IMG/VR virus record: IMGVR_UViG_3300037628_000326
Span: 4,645 to 68,644 of that record
DNA: 64,000 bases
Strand: one strand, 5' to 3'
Source of the DNA: a virus
Every line of letters begins with the position of its first letter. Positions within the stretch are counted from its first letter, which is position 1. The translations under genes were made by a program, and so were the position numbers. Shown here one piece after another: positions 33,683 to 43,157 of the stretch. The notes beneath the pieces were generated by a model that was given only the letters and a program-made list of their open reading frames with translations, made no database searches and was not told where the DNA came from.

Positions 33683-34375
33683 TTAAGCTCCGTGCGAGGC
33701 TTGGACAACCTCGAGCGACACATCGTCGCCTGTCAAGACCGCATTCGACTTCAGCCTAATTGCCCTCACCGGAAACGCCAGGTTGCCTGTCACATCCGCG
33801 GTCACGTTCACCATCGTGTCGTGATCGAAGATATTGATGTCAGGGAAGAACAGATCAAACTCACTGCCGAGCCACGAGCCAACCTGTGGCTGCGGATCGT
33901 TACCCCGGCGAGCCAAGATGTTGGACAATGTCAGTTCGACCGTGAGGTCGGCTGTCGCTCCACCTACGGCGATACCCATCGCTACCTGGAAGTCAGTCCG
34001 CAGATAATCAAGCGGCAGCCAGTTGCTCGAGACAATCGTCGCTGTGCCAACCTCGATGGCTCCGGTCGTATCGTCGTCGACCCTGACCGAGGTCACCGTC
34101 GTGAAAGCCTGCACCGTTGACACAGTGCCAGTATCCACACCGACAACCGCCTCGGAGCGGAAGTTTCCTTTCTCGTCAGTGCCTTCGACTATAAACCTGC
34201 GGGCCGTCTCATCGGCGGCCGTAGTGATCACGACCTGGCGTCGGAAATCCAGCGTAACCGGATCAGCCGTGAGCGTCAGTTCCTGAATACCACCAGCGGC
34301 TGGCGTCTGAGCTACCGCAATCAGATCAGCATCAGCAGCAGCGTAGGGCGAGATTGTTAATACTCTTGGCCTCAT
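33683..34375 (-). CDS. Head decoration/spike-like protein
   Basis: V.ITTAAD...F.VEGTD..G....EAV.G pattern shared with the adjacent gene; FPVRAIRL. Confidence 0.6.
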   Translation of the reverse strand: MRPRVLTISPYAAADADLIAVAQTPAAGGIQELTLTADPVTLDFRRQVVITTAADETARRFIVEGTDEKGNFRSEAVVGVDTGTVSTVQAFTTVTSVRVDDDTTGAIEVGTATIVSSNWLPLDYLRTDFQVAMGIAVGGATADLTVELTLSNILARRGNDPQPQVGSWLGSEFDLFFPDINIFDHDTMVNVTADVTGNLAFPVRAIRLKSNAVLTGDDVSLEVVQASHGA

Positions 34376-34400
34376 GATGTGGCCCTCCTATTCGCTGTGA

Positions 34401-35165
34401 TTAGATCGCTGACGGTACGCGCTGTCTCGAGTCGGTGTAGTTCTCGCCGATGCCCTCTTTGGTGAGATCCGCCAGATACATTACCTCGATGTCTTCAGTG
34501 AGGGCGATAGGCAGATAATCCGCACGTTGGTCCGCGTTGATCGCAGTTTGCGTAACGGTATTGCCGGGATCGTAAGTGCCAGTGATCACAACGATATTAC
34601 CCTCAACAGCAAGGTGCATTTGTCCACGAGGGAGAAAAGTTTGTGGCCAGGACAACGCTCGCCTTCTTAGGCCGCGAGGTCCGGTTTCGAGTTGACCGAC
34701 AGAAATGACAGCGGCTGTATCGGCATCGACGATGACGCGATCGATCTTGGTGAAATGCTTAATACCCTCGACCGTGGTCGTGTTCGGGCCAGTGATTTCT
34801 TCGGCCTGCGGTCTGCCGTTGGCATCACGGCCAAGGACCGTGAACAGCCTGCCGTTATCGACTCCCGCTGAGGTGATCGACACACGACCGCAAAAACGCT
34901 GAATGCCAACACCATCGACAACACCAGTGCCGTTGATCAGCAAATCCTGATCTGCCGTGCCAGCCGCTGGCTGTTGGTTGGCCGCGTGCAGTTGGGTGTC
35001 GCTCCCGCCGCCCTGAATAGGCTCGACAACCATGACGCCGATGCGTAGTCCTCGCATGGTGTTGTCAAGCTCGTCGCCCATCCCGAAATTAGAATCACCG
35101 AGATTAAAGGCAACGCCGTCGCCGGCCAGTATTTGTGATGCATGGGAAAGTGTATGTTTACTCAT
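34401..35165 (-). CDS. Head decoration-like protein (partial paralog of 33683-34375)
   Basis: VSITSAGVDNGRLFTVLGRDANGRPQAEEITGP resembles VVITTAADETARRFIVEGTDEKGNFRSEAVVG. Confidence 0.6.
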   Translation of the reverse strand: MSKHTLSHASQILAGDGVAFNLGDSNFGMGDELDNTMRGLRIGVMVVEPIQGGGSDTQLHAANQQPAAGTADQDLLINGTGVVDGVGIQRFCGRVSITSAGVDNGRLFTVLGRDANGRPQAEEITGPNTTTVEGIKHFTKIDRVIVDADTAAVISVGQLETGPRGLRRRALSWPQTFLPRGQMHLAVEGNIVVITGTYDPGNTVTQTAINADQRADYLPIALTEDIEVMYLADLTKEGIGENYTDSRQRVPSAI

Positions 35166-35220
35166 GACAGCCCTCCTTAGGGGCAGCGGCGCTTTTAAGC
35201 CGCGTCAGTTGTCGTAAAGG

Positions 35221-35246
35221 TCCCGGGGAGACCATTCCCCCCGGGA
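35221..35246 (-). terminator. Hairpin downstream of the major capsid gene (terminator or stabiliser)
   Basis: TCCCGGGG...CCCCGGGA 8-bp stem; weak U-tract. Confidence 0.45.
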
Positions 35247-35272
35247 ACTGTTTCCTACTCGTGGTTACTTGC

Positions 35273-36187
35273 TTAGGTACCACCTCCTGGTGATCCATAG
35301 GCACCACGCCAATCAGACCAGCCGTAGCTGTAGCGCTCACGAGCCTTGTAGCGCAGGTTGCCAGTCTCGAAGTCGCCTTCGATTCCTCGCTGCACATTCT
35401 TGCGCACAAAATGCTTTGTGCCATCAGGGCAATCGGTCAAAAGAAACCAGGCATCCGGATCGGTGAATCGGTGATTCACGCAGAACCCGTCGGCCACTGT
35501 TCCCAGTGTGTTGATTGCATTGATGTCGTTATCGCCTGTGCCGGTTCGATATGGCGACTGCAGGATTCGTGTTGCCACGAATTGCAGTTGCGTCGGCACC
35601 GCCATCTTCTTGATCTGACAAGCGATCGGGATTCCCCGATCATCGTCAAACTCAGAGATGTCAATGGCTGCTTGCTCCAATGAAGCCTCGGACAGATCAG
35701 CCGCGACTGCCAGGGTGTTAGCCTGGACGCCACCGCCGAACTGCGGATGCGATGCACTAAACAGCGGCACACCGTCGCCACCTGGGAAGGTAGCGTCGAA
35801 GCCGTTGTTAAAGATGTCCGCACCCTTAACTTCTTTGGTCTGTTGCAGTGAGCGAGCGAGCGCTCGAGCGTATTTGCTACCGATAGAGCCGTACAAGCCG
35901 TCCTCTTCAGCTTCCTCGGTTATTGAGAAAGCCAATGCGATCGTCTCATGCGTATATCGGGCAACGTAACTCTCAGCCCCCTCGTCGTACGCGACACCCT
36001 CACCTTCAGGCTTGACCGGTGCTGCGTCGAAGCCAGCGAGCAGGACATCTTCCTCGAAGGCCTTGACCGACCGTTCGATTGCGAAAAGATATTTCCACTC
36101 TTCGGGGTAGCGTGCGTACTCCATGCCAAACACCGTGTTCAGCCCTTCCTGTAGCTGCTTCCTAAAGTCAGCGCGATTCATAGCCAT
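35273..36187 (-). CDS. Major capsid protein
   Basis: L.EGLN..FG.EY...GF..APVK.EG..V.YD...RYTHETIAL.F.ITEEA.ED.LY...ALARS...DFETGN.RYKARERYS.GWSD.RG.YGSPG; position after scaffold and decoration genes. Confidence 0.9.
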   Translation of the reverse strand: MAMNRADFRKQLQEGLNTVFGMEYARYPEEWKYLFAIERSVKAFEEDVLLAGFDAAPVKPEGEGVAYDEGAESYVARYTHETIALAFSITEEAEEDGLYGSIGSKYARALARSLQQTKEVKGADIFNNGFDATFPGGDGVPLFSASHPQFGGGVQANTLAVAADLSEASLEQAAIDISEFDDDRGIPIACQIKKMAVPTQLQFVATRILQSPYRTGTGDNDINAINTLGTVADGFCVNHRFTDPDAWFLLTDCPDGTKHFVRKNVQRGIEGDFETGNLRYKARERYSYGWSDWRGAYGSPGGGT

Positions 36188-36199
36188 GTTGCGTCTCCC

Positions 36200-36796
36200 T
36201 TAGATCGCAGTTACCGCGGCTCTGTTCTCATGTTGATCTATGAGAACCAGGGCGTCAGCAAACTCGCCAAAGTCGTTGTTGACCGCGGGGCCAGCAAGCC
36301 CCAGAATCTTCAGCGTGCCTGTCGCACCAATACTTCCTTGGCTCAACTCGAAGGCACTACGACCTGTGAAATCATTCCCCGCACCGACCAAATAGTCGGC
36401 CTTTTGGCCAACATTCGCTGCGATCAGTCCGGGCGAGCCTGATACCTGGATCACGAATCTCATATCCGGATCGTCGTATACCAGAGCCTCTACCGGGCTG
36501 CGGGGGTCCTCTTGTACTACTGTGCCTCCAATCCATCGAGGCCGGAACTGCTGTTCGCCATTGCTATCGACGTAGCGCACGCCTGCGAATACGCCTACGG
36601 CGACATCGCTGCTTCCACAAACATCAATAAAAGCTCGACCATTCAACGCACTTGCGTCACCCGTCGTCTTCACCGGATCACCGGAAAAGATGTCGTTTGC
36701 GTGCTGGTCAGCAATGGCGTAAGCGGTCAACCTGCCAGGTGTACCGCCCGTTCCATGCCTTCTTGGGATGAGACCATTTGGTCTGTCCACGTTCAT
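36200..36796 (-). CDS. Capsid decoration/cement protein
   Basis: NVDRPNGL.P...IFSGDPV...GVF.GV.Y...V.DDP pattern; immediately upstream of the MCP. Confidence 0.7.
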   Translation of the reverse strand: MNVDRPNGLIPRRHGTGGTPGRLTAYAIADQHANDIFSGDPVKTTGDASALNGRAFIDVCGSSDVAVGVFAGVRYVDSNGEQQFRPRWIGGTVVQEDPRSPVEALVYDDPDMRFVIQVSGSPGLIAANVGQKADYLVGAGNDFTGRSAFELSQGSIGATGTLKILGLAGPAVNNDFGEFADALVLIDQHENRAAVTAI

Positions 36797-36836
36797 TCGG
36801 ATAAGCCCTCCGCTATATCGTCATGAGGTTAATTGA

Positions 36837-37586
36837 TTAAAAGTCGTCGTCGGCTGCCTCTACTTGCCTGGCTGTACCTTGGGCGACTCTTACCCTGGAG
36901 CGCGACGCTGACCGGATGTTTCCAAAACCAATGTGGTCCTCGCTATGCACTCCCTTGACTTGCCGTTCGACCGCGCCAGTTTGCCGAGCTTGCTTACGCT
37001 TGTAGAAGCGTTCGCGTTGCTGAGCGACACGTTCAGGCATTTCCATCAGGATCAAATCCTCTGCGCCGATATAGTCCCCGTCGCCCAGGCTGTCGTGTTG
37101 GATGATCGGCAGTGAAAGACCACCCATGGCCGAAGCCTTGACTGGTCGCCATCCCTCACGCATTGCCTTCCTCAGGCGAGCGGTGTCTCGGACGTTTCCA
37201 AGACGTATCCGAATCCAACGCTGGACCATGCCCGGCCTTGCCGGCGGGGCTTCCAGGTCTGACGGCCTGATCCACTCGGTGACCTCGTTATCGAGATCGG
37301 CCGTGTAGTCAGATGCCGCTGCTTGGTCAGTGTTTTCATCATGCGGTGCCTCGTGCCCGGATCCGGCTGGATGCACCATCTGATCGCCAGTGTTTCTCTG
37401 GCCTTGCTTCTCGGCAGCCTTACGCTTCTCGAGCGCTTTACGCTTGCCATCCTGCATTCTCTTGACCGCCGCCTGCTGGGCGGGAGTCCTTTCTGGTTTC
37501 TCTGCCTCGGCTACCTGGGGATCAAATTCCTCAGCAGCATCGACATCGACATCAAACACGCTGTCGCCTTGTCCAGGTCCCGTCAT
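36837..37586 (-). CDS. Conserved head-module protein
   Basis: W..PS.L.APP..PG...RWIR...REGW.PV...LILM.MP...R..Y motif; ATGA-coupled to the scaffold. Confidence 0.7.
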   Translation of the reverse strand: MTGPGQGDSVFDVDVDAAEEFDPQVAEAEKPERTPAQQAAVKRMQDGKRKALEKRKAAEKQGQRNTGDQMVHPAGSGHEAPHDENTDQAAASDYTADLDNEVTEWIRPSDLEAPPARPGMVQRWIRIRLGNVRDTARLRKAMREGWRPVKASAMGGLSLPIIQHDSLGDGDYIGAEDLILMEMPERVAQQRERFYKRKQARQTGAVERQVKGVHSEDHIGFGNIRSASRSRVRVAQGTARQVEAADDDF

Positions 37587-38620
37587 GACGCTCTCCTTTC
37601 TGCATCTCGCCTGTTGGTTTCGGCTACCTGCTTGGCGTACTCGGCGCAATGCTCAGCGTTCTGGGGATCCAGATGGAACCTGACCATGTTGGCCTTGTGC
37701 GCTGCAGTCAGCACGACCTTCGAACCACCACCTTGACCGTTGTCGCCGCGCTTCGTGCCACGCCGCTGCCCGCCGGCACCGCCGGGTTGAGCAACTGGTG
37801 ACTTGCGGCGGCCCCTGCCCGGATCCGGCTCGAGATCAATATCGATATCGTCCGGATCTGGCTCACGAAGGCCTTCGTACTTCTTGTCAAAGTTATGGTT
37901 GAAACGAGTCCAGTAGGCTTCGCTGTCCGGGTTGAAACCCATCCCAACGAGCTTTTTGTCAAGCTTCCTGGCGTACACAACAGCATCTTCATGATCGGGA
38001 TCGGACCACCATTCCTGGTTGTCCCGAATGAATTGCATGGCGCGTTTGTTTACTGGCAGTTCGCCAGCCCTGTCACCCTCCAAGTCCTCGATGATTGACA
38101 CAGAGGCCTCAGCGGCAGCCTGCTTGGCCTGCTTCTCGCTGTTGAGTGCGATCAGGTCGGAGTTCAGCTTGGACTGGGCTTTGGTATCGCCTTCCTCCAT
38201 CGCTGCTTCCATCTCTTCAGTCAGCCGCGTTTCTTCTGCAGCGAACTCATCTGCGATGGCGTCGATTTGCTTGCCGGCCTTGAGCTCCGCAACTTCCTTC
38301 TTGAGCGCGTTGACCTCGCCGGCAACGACCTCGCTGGCTTCCTCGAGGTCCACCTCCAACTGATCTACTTTGCGACGGTCCAGTGCTTCGCGTCGCTTGT
38401 CCTTCGGGCTACTGTCCCGATCGCCTGCGGACGTTGCGTCGGCATCGTTATCGGCAGCGCTCACAGCTTTCCCGGGGTCTTCCTCATCAAGGTCGACCTC
38501 CACAAAAGCCTCGTCTGGATTCTCAGGGTCCTCGACCATGTCCCCAAACCCAGCGGCAGATACCGGCGTGTTTTCACGGCGGATATCTTCGAACTCGTAG
38601 TCGAATTGTTTCTTAGGCAT
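37583..38620 (-). CDS. Capsid scaffolding protein
   Basis: Acidic coiled coil, N.WW...Y...D, SPVA...V.LT...EYAK C-terminus. Confidence 0.7.
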   Translation of the reverse strand: MPKKQFDYEFEDIRRENTPVSAAGFGDMVEDPENPDEAFVEVDLDEEDPGKAVSAADNDADATSAGDRDSSPKDKRREALDRRKVDQLEVDLEEASEVVAGEVNALKKEVAELKAGKQIDAIADEFAAEETRLTEEMEAAMEEGDTKAQSKLNSDLIALNSEKQAKQAAAEASVSIIEDLEGDRAGELPVNKRAMQFIRDNQEWWSDPDHEDAVVYARKLDKKLVGMGFNPDSEAYWTRFNHNFDKKYEGLREPDPDDIDIDLEPDPGRGRRKSPVAQPGGAGGQRRGTKRGDNGQGGGSKVVLTAAHKANMVRFHLDPQNAEHCAEYAKQVAETNRRDAERRAS

Positions 38621-38680
38621 GCTGCCCTCCAGCGGCCTGTGCATGAAACTTACAGAGTCACGCGCGCGTTGTCACGATGA

Positions 38681-39199
38681 TTAGATCGCTAACGTGTCGA
38701 GTCTCTCCGGCTCATCGGTCACACCCCATACTTCGGTGTCGGTGATTAGCACGAACTGCAGGCCGTCAATCGTTCGAAAACGAGTGCCGGCGTTCTTGTA
38801 GAACACTACCTTGTCGCCCAGCTTCGGGTTGTCCTCGCGACTGAGCCGAAGCCCCGCGCGCGTGACAGCCTTGAAGGCGAGCTTCCCGTGTGCAACGACC
38901 ATGCCGACGTACGTCAGGTACGATTCGATGTCCGTTGTTTCACGCATGAACTTGAATCCCCACTCCGTAACGTCCTCAGGCTCGCGAATCATCACGAGCA
39001 GGCGCCAATACTTCGGCACCATTGGTACATGCGGAGCGACTGGCGTCTGCCAGGGTCTTAGGAAATTCCACAGCCTCACTTGCCAGCGTCTCTGGTTTGC
39101 GCACCATGCAGCGATCTCGTCGTATATGGCATTAGCTGCCTTGGCTTTCGTGTCTGATGCGACGACCAGGTCAACGACTTGTTCAGCAGTTTCACTCAT
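38681..39199 (-). CDS. GroES-like co-chaperonin
   Basis: P..WRLLV...G.VVA.G..AF...K.GD.V.F...AG......D.EV.GV. Confidence 0.75.
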   Translation of the reverse strand: MSETAEQVVDLVVASDTKAKAANAIYDEIAAWCANQRRWQVRLWNFLRPWQTPVAPHVPMVPKYWRLLVMIREPEDVTEWGFKFMRETTDIESYLTYVGMVVAHGKLAFKAVTRAGLRLSREDNPKLGDKVVFYKNAGTRFRTIDGLQFVLITDTEVWGVTDEPERLDTLAI

Positions 39200-39393
39200 G
39201 TCGGTAGTTCCTCCAGTTCATCCTCGTCGACATCATCGTCCGAGAGTTCCACGATCCAGGAACGCAAATCACTGAGCTCCTGGTTGGCGCCGACCTTGCG
39301 CATGTACTTGCAATACTCGAGGCCGGAGTCCATTGCATCGTGGTTGTCTGAGACCTTGCTATCGATGCGATTCAGAATGTGCCGTTTGTTCAA
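39196..39393 (-). CDS. Small conserved protein upstream of GroES
   Basis: Y...VG...L acidic-tailed 65-aa ORF. Confidence 0.55.
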   Translation of the reverse strand: MNKRHILNRIDSKVSDNHDAMDSGLEYCKYMRKVGANQELSDLRSWIVELSDDDVDEDELEELPT

Positions 39394-39426
39394 TGCATAT
39401 AGCCCTCGTGACCAAGGCGGTGGCGG

Positions 39427-39648
39427 TTACCAATCGGATGCGCCACCGTCCCCGGTCTTTTGGTTTTTCCCCATGGCACCGATCGCGCCGTCATTAGATG
39501 ACTTCGCTCCGAATCCCATCGTGTTGCGAGCCATGCTCGGTTTGCCGTGATGAAGCTTCGACTTCTCCTCGCCTGACTCGCCCCCTCCTTGGATGTCGGT
39601 ACTTTTGGACGGTTTCTTATCCGGCCTGCCTGCAGCTTTCTTATGCAC
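39427..39648 (-). CDS. Small Gly/Lys-rich protein
   Basis: Shares G.MGK.QKTGDG with the adjacent ORF. Confidence 0.5.
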   Translation of the reverse strand: MHKKAAGRPDKKPSKSTDIQGGGESGEEKSKLHHGKPSMARNTMGFGAKSSNDGAIGAMGKNQKTGDGGASDW

Positions 39649-39650
39649 AG

Positions 39651-39851
39651 CTAGTACCCCATCTTCTTACCGTGTCCGGGGTTGCCCCCTTTCTCGTTTT
39701 CCATGCCATCGCCCGTCTTCTGGGCTTTGCCCATGGTGCCGTCGGCGGTGTCCTGCCCTTTACCGGTCATAGCATCGCTCACTTTCGTGGCTGACCGGCC
39801 AGCGTCCATGTCTGGTGATGGCTGTGGATGCTTCAGGTATGTGGTTCCCAT
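39651..39851 (-). CDS. Small Gly/Lys/Met-rich protein
   Basis: AAGGAGGA RBS; GTMGKAQKTGDG. Confidence 0.55.
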   Translation of the reverse strand: MGTTYLKHPQPSPDMDAGRSATKVSDAMTGKGQDTADGTMGKAQKTGDGMENEKGGNPGHGKKMGY

Positions 39852-39897
39852 AACCGAAGTCCTCCTTGTTGCGCGCTGATCTTTGCCGGCTCAGCGC

Positions 39898-40116
39898 TTA
39901 CCGTACTTCTCGCTGCAGCAACTCGTGGATCGCCTGTTGCTGTCCCTGACCTCCGGCATACAGTCGCCTGATGTAGGCGAGCAGTTCCCGAAAGCCCATG
40001 TTCAATTCCTTCGCAGCCGCTGCGAATGGCCGTGGTTGTAGCGGTGGCCGCACTCCTCGGCGTTGCAGGAATGCCCTCGCCGCTCTGATCTCAGCTGGCG
40101 TTGGCGCTTTGGCCAC
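39898..40116 (-). CDS. Small basic hypothetical protein
   Basis: 72-aa ORF overlapping the portal end. Confidence 0.5.
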   Translation of the reverse strand: MAKAPTPAEIRAARAFLQRRGVRPPLQPRPFAAAAKELNMGFRELLAYIRRLYAGGQGQQQAIHELLQREVR

Positions 40117-42625
40117 TTGACTTCTTCTTCGGCGGCCTGTTGGTCTCGCGTTCCGGAGTCCGTGACCTGCTCGACGGTGCCTGCACTAACGCTCTGCGTT
40201 TAGCCGCAGCGAGCTTTTCCTCGCGTTCGATGTCGGCTGCGTTTTCGGTGTTCTTGCGTCTCTCCTCGGCCGTGAAGGCCTCCTGCTTCTGCACCATCTC
40301 CTGCGCATGCTTGTCGGCTGCCTGGCGCTGCTTCTCCTGGTGCTCGGCTTTCATGCGCTCGAGCTTCTGGATGGTCTCAGCGTCCTTGGCGTCCTCGATC
40401 GCCTTGGCCTCAGCCTCTTCAGGTGAAAGCGGCGGGCCGCCTCGCTCTTGCTCTTCCTGCTGCTTCTTCTGCCGCTGCTTGGCAGCGATGGCCTGGCTGA
40501 GCATCTGCTCGATCTCAGGTGGCAGGTCCTCGGTCTCGGCCTCGTCGTACAGGTCGAACGGTGGCAGGTCCATGCCCAGCATCTGCTCGACTTCCTTGCG
40601 GTACTGGCTGACCAGGTGCTCCATCTTGTGCGACATGAACACCGGCTCGACCTGCTTCCATAGGTCCGGATCACCGATCGCCATCATCTCGGCAAATGTC
40701 TGATGTACCGCCATGTGGGCATCATCGTCTTGGGTGGTCATCACCTGCACCGGCAACCCGGTGGCCATCATCTGGTTCTCGCTGACTGGGTCCAAGTTCT
40801 TCGGCGCCGAATCCTCCGGCAGTATCTTGTCGATCTCGGGTACCTTGAGCGCCTGCAACATGCGACGGTGCGCTTCCTTGCGGCCCTTCTCGCCGTACAG
40901 GTCAGGTGCCGACTCGACAAGCTCAAGCACGCCTTGCGATTGGGCGATGCGCTGCACGCTTGAGAAAATGTTCGGGTCCGATACCGGGATGACGTCGACG
41001 CGGCCATCGAAGTCCTGCTTCAGCACCACCTTGCTCTCGCCGCCAAGCTCGTACGGGTACTCGTCCCGATCCATAAGCTCGTAGTTCAACTGCGCCATCA
41101 GCGAAAGCTCTTCGCGCAGCGCTTTGTGCAGGCGCTTGTGGATGGCTGACTGCGGCTTGCCGGCCTGTTCGATCAGCGCCAGTGTAGTGCCGACGGGTCC
41201 GCGGTTGTCGGCGCCACCGGTAATGACCTCGGTGACCCCCATGAATTCCTTGCCACGCTGGATCAGGTTCTCGTAGGTAGTGGCCAGGGCTGGGCTTGGC
41301 TCGTTGACCGGCAGCGGCAGGAACGCCTGCTGCAGGTCCTCAGGTGACATGTCGATGTCGCGGAACTCACCCAGCGTGAAGCGATGCTCGCCACTTATCT
41401 TGGCTTTCTTGGACTTGAAGCCACCAGGGAGATTAGATAGTGCTGCTGTATCAAGTATTGCGCGTAGAGATCCAGACGCTGCTTTCGCCAGAGCGCCGAT
41501 GATATGGAGATACCCGAAACCATAGAAACCCAGACCAGGCAGGAACTTGTAGTGAGAGAACCAGACTCGCTTGCGGTACTTCTGGTCGCCTTTCTTCCAG
41601 TTGCGCCGGACTGACAGGACCTCACGGCTCTCCTCCTCGATGGTGACGATGTATGGCGGCGCGATGTCTGTGTCGCCGACCTCCGGATCCTCGAACGGCA
41701 TCTCATAATCGATGTGGTACTCGTAAAGCTTGTAGACCTCGTCGTCCTCGTGGACCACCGGTACGCGATCGTCGGCCACATCCTCCATCGTGTCATCGGC
41801 AAAGCTCACGTTCTTATCGGACGCGATCTGCGGGCTGGGGATCAGGAAGGCATCGGCCAGGAACTGCCCGTCGACCTGCGCGCGCTTGATGTTGTTTCCT
41901 TCCATGGTGTATTCATGCGCGTACCTGGTCGCCGACTGCAGGTCCTTGCAGTAGTACGGCACAATGAAGTCCTCGGCCGTCACGTACCGGGCGGTGGTCA
42001 TCTCCGTGACCGGGTCGATGTAAATCTTCTTGAACGCCGATCCCGACATCGGCAGGTAGAACAGCATCTGATCAACGTCCCAGAAGTAACCCTGGTCCTC
42101 GACCGTCAACTGGTAATTCATGTAGTCCTCGAGGCGCTCGGCTTGCTGCTCTTTCTCCTCGGTGACCTCGCCCAGGATGGCTGCCTTCACTGGGCCGTCG
42201 GCAGGGAAAAGCTCCTCGATCGCTCGCGACTGGAACTGCACGACTGCTTCGCCAATGAGCGGGTCCGTGACGGTAGCAGCGCCGTCGAACGGAGTGTCAG
42301 ATTCCGGTAGGTCCTTGAGACCGAGGAGCTCAAGCCCGTCCTTGATGCGGCGGAAATGGTGTTCGCGGACTTGCTTGTCCAAGACGACGTACTCAAGGAA
42401 CTGGTCGGCGATGGCGTGGCGTTCGGTACTGGATAACTGGTCAGCGAGATTCGCGTGCCAGTCCGGATCCATCTCTGGGGCTTCGAAGGGTACGGCGTCG
42501 TCAGGCTCAAGATCGACGATCGTGTCTTCACCCTGCTGGGTGATTACTGCGCCATTCGCCCGTTGAACTTTTGGTTGTGTTGCTGGTAGCTCTTCAACAA
42601 ACGAGCCAACGTCTTCACGCGCCAT
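40091..42625 (-). CDS. Portal protein (P22-like)
   Basis: HANLAD...PFDGA...EAVVQFQ...PADGPVK...MNYQLT...SGSAFKK...FLPGLGFYGFG...SNLPGGFK...PVGTTLAL...DGRVDVIPVSDPN; coiled-coil C-terminus; start MAREDVG after GGAGGG. Confidence 0.9.
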   Translation of the reverse strand: MAREDVGSFVEELPATQPKVQRANGAVITQQGEDTIVDLEPDDAVPFEAPEMDPDWHANLADQLSSTERHAIADQFLEYVVLDKQVREHHFRRIKDGLELLGLKDLPESDTPFDGAATVTDPLIGEAVVQFQSRAIEELFPADGPVKAAILGEVTEEKEQQAERLEDYMNYQLTVEDQGYFWDVDQMLFYLPMSGSAFKKIYIDPVTEMTTARYVTAEDFIVPYYCKDLQSATRYAHEYTMEGNNIKRAQVDGQFLADAFLIPSPQIASDKNVSFADDTMEDVADDRVPVVHEDDEVYKLYEYHIDYEMPFEDPEVGDTDIAPPYIVTIEEESREVLSVRRNWKKGDQKYRKRVWFSHYKFLPGLGFYGFGYLHIIGALAKAASGSLRAILDTAALSNLPGGFKSKKAKISGEHRFTLGEFRDIDMSPEDLQQAFLPLPVNEPSPALATTYENLIQRGKEFMGVTEVITGGADNRGPVGTTLALIEQAGKPQSAIHKRLHKALREELSLMAQLNYELMDRDEYPYELGGESKVVLKQDFDGRVDVIPVSDPNIFSSVQRIAQSQGVLELVESAPDLYGEKGRKEAHRRMLQALKVPEIDKILPEDSAPKNLDPVSENQMMATGLPVQVMTTQDDDAHMAVHQTFAEMMAIGDPDLWKQVEPVFMSHKMEHLVSQYRKEVEQMLGMDLPPFDLYDEAETEDLPPEIEQMLSQAIAAKQRQKKQQEEQERGGPPLSPEEAEAKAIEDAKDAETIQKLERMKAEHQEKQRQAADKHAQEMVQKQEAFTAEERRKNTENAADIEREEKLAAAKRRALVQAPSSRSRTPERETNRPPKKKSSGQSANAS

Positions 42626-42686
42626 CGCGGTCGCCCTCCGCACCGGTTTCGCGAAGTGTACACGCACGCAATGCGCTGCAGCAAAT

Positions 42687-43157
42687 CTATCGTCTGCGAT
42701 GGTCCGCTAATGTGATGCCGTCCAGGTGTTCGATCTCGTGTTGGATGCACGCGCCTTTCCAGTCCGAACCTTTCGTGCAGATGCGGCCCCATGATTCATC
42801 GAAGCCCAAGACCTTGATGCGCTTGTGCCGGTGTACGCGCACCGTGTCGCCGTCACGCAGCTTGCTCATGTCCTGGGCGTACTTCGGGCAGGTCTCGGGA
42901 AATGACAGGCAGCCCTCCCAGACCCAGCGCATCTGATCCGATGCTTTGGTGATCACCGGATTAACGATGATCAGTTCCTCGACCATGATAATGCGCCACA
43001 TCTCGCCGATCTGCGGTGCAGCAAGCCCCATCCCCCGATGGTCCTCCATCACCCGGAGCATGTTGTCAATGATCTCGTTGCAGTCCATGCCAAACGGCAC
43101 GGGTGCGCAGGTCTCCTTCAGCCTTGGATCAGGCCAGAGGACGAGCTTGCTTCCCAC
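42687..43157 (-). CDS. def: Peptide deformylase
   Basis: All three PDF motifs present: GMGLAAPQIG, EGCLS, QHEIEHLDG; probable GTG start before KLVLWPDPRL. Confidence 0.92.
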   Translation of the reverse strand: MGSKLVLWPDPRLKETCAPVPFGMDCNEIIDNMLRVMEDHRGMGLAAPQIGEMWRIIMVEELIIVNPVITKASDQMRWVWEGCLSFPETCPKYAQDMSKLRDGDTVRVHRHKRIKVLGFDESWGRICTKGSDWKGACIQHEIEHLDGITLADHRRR

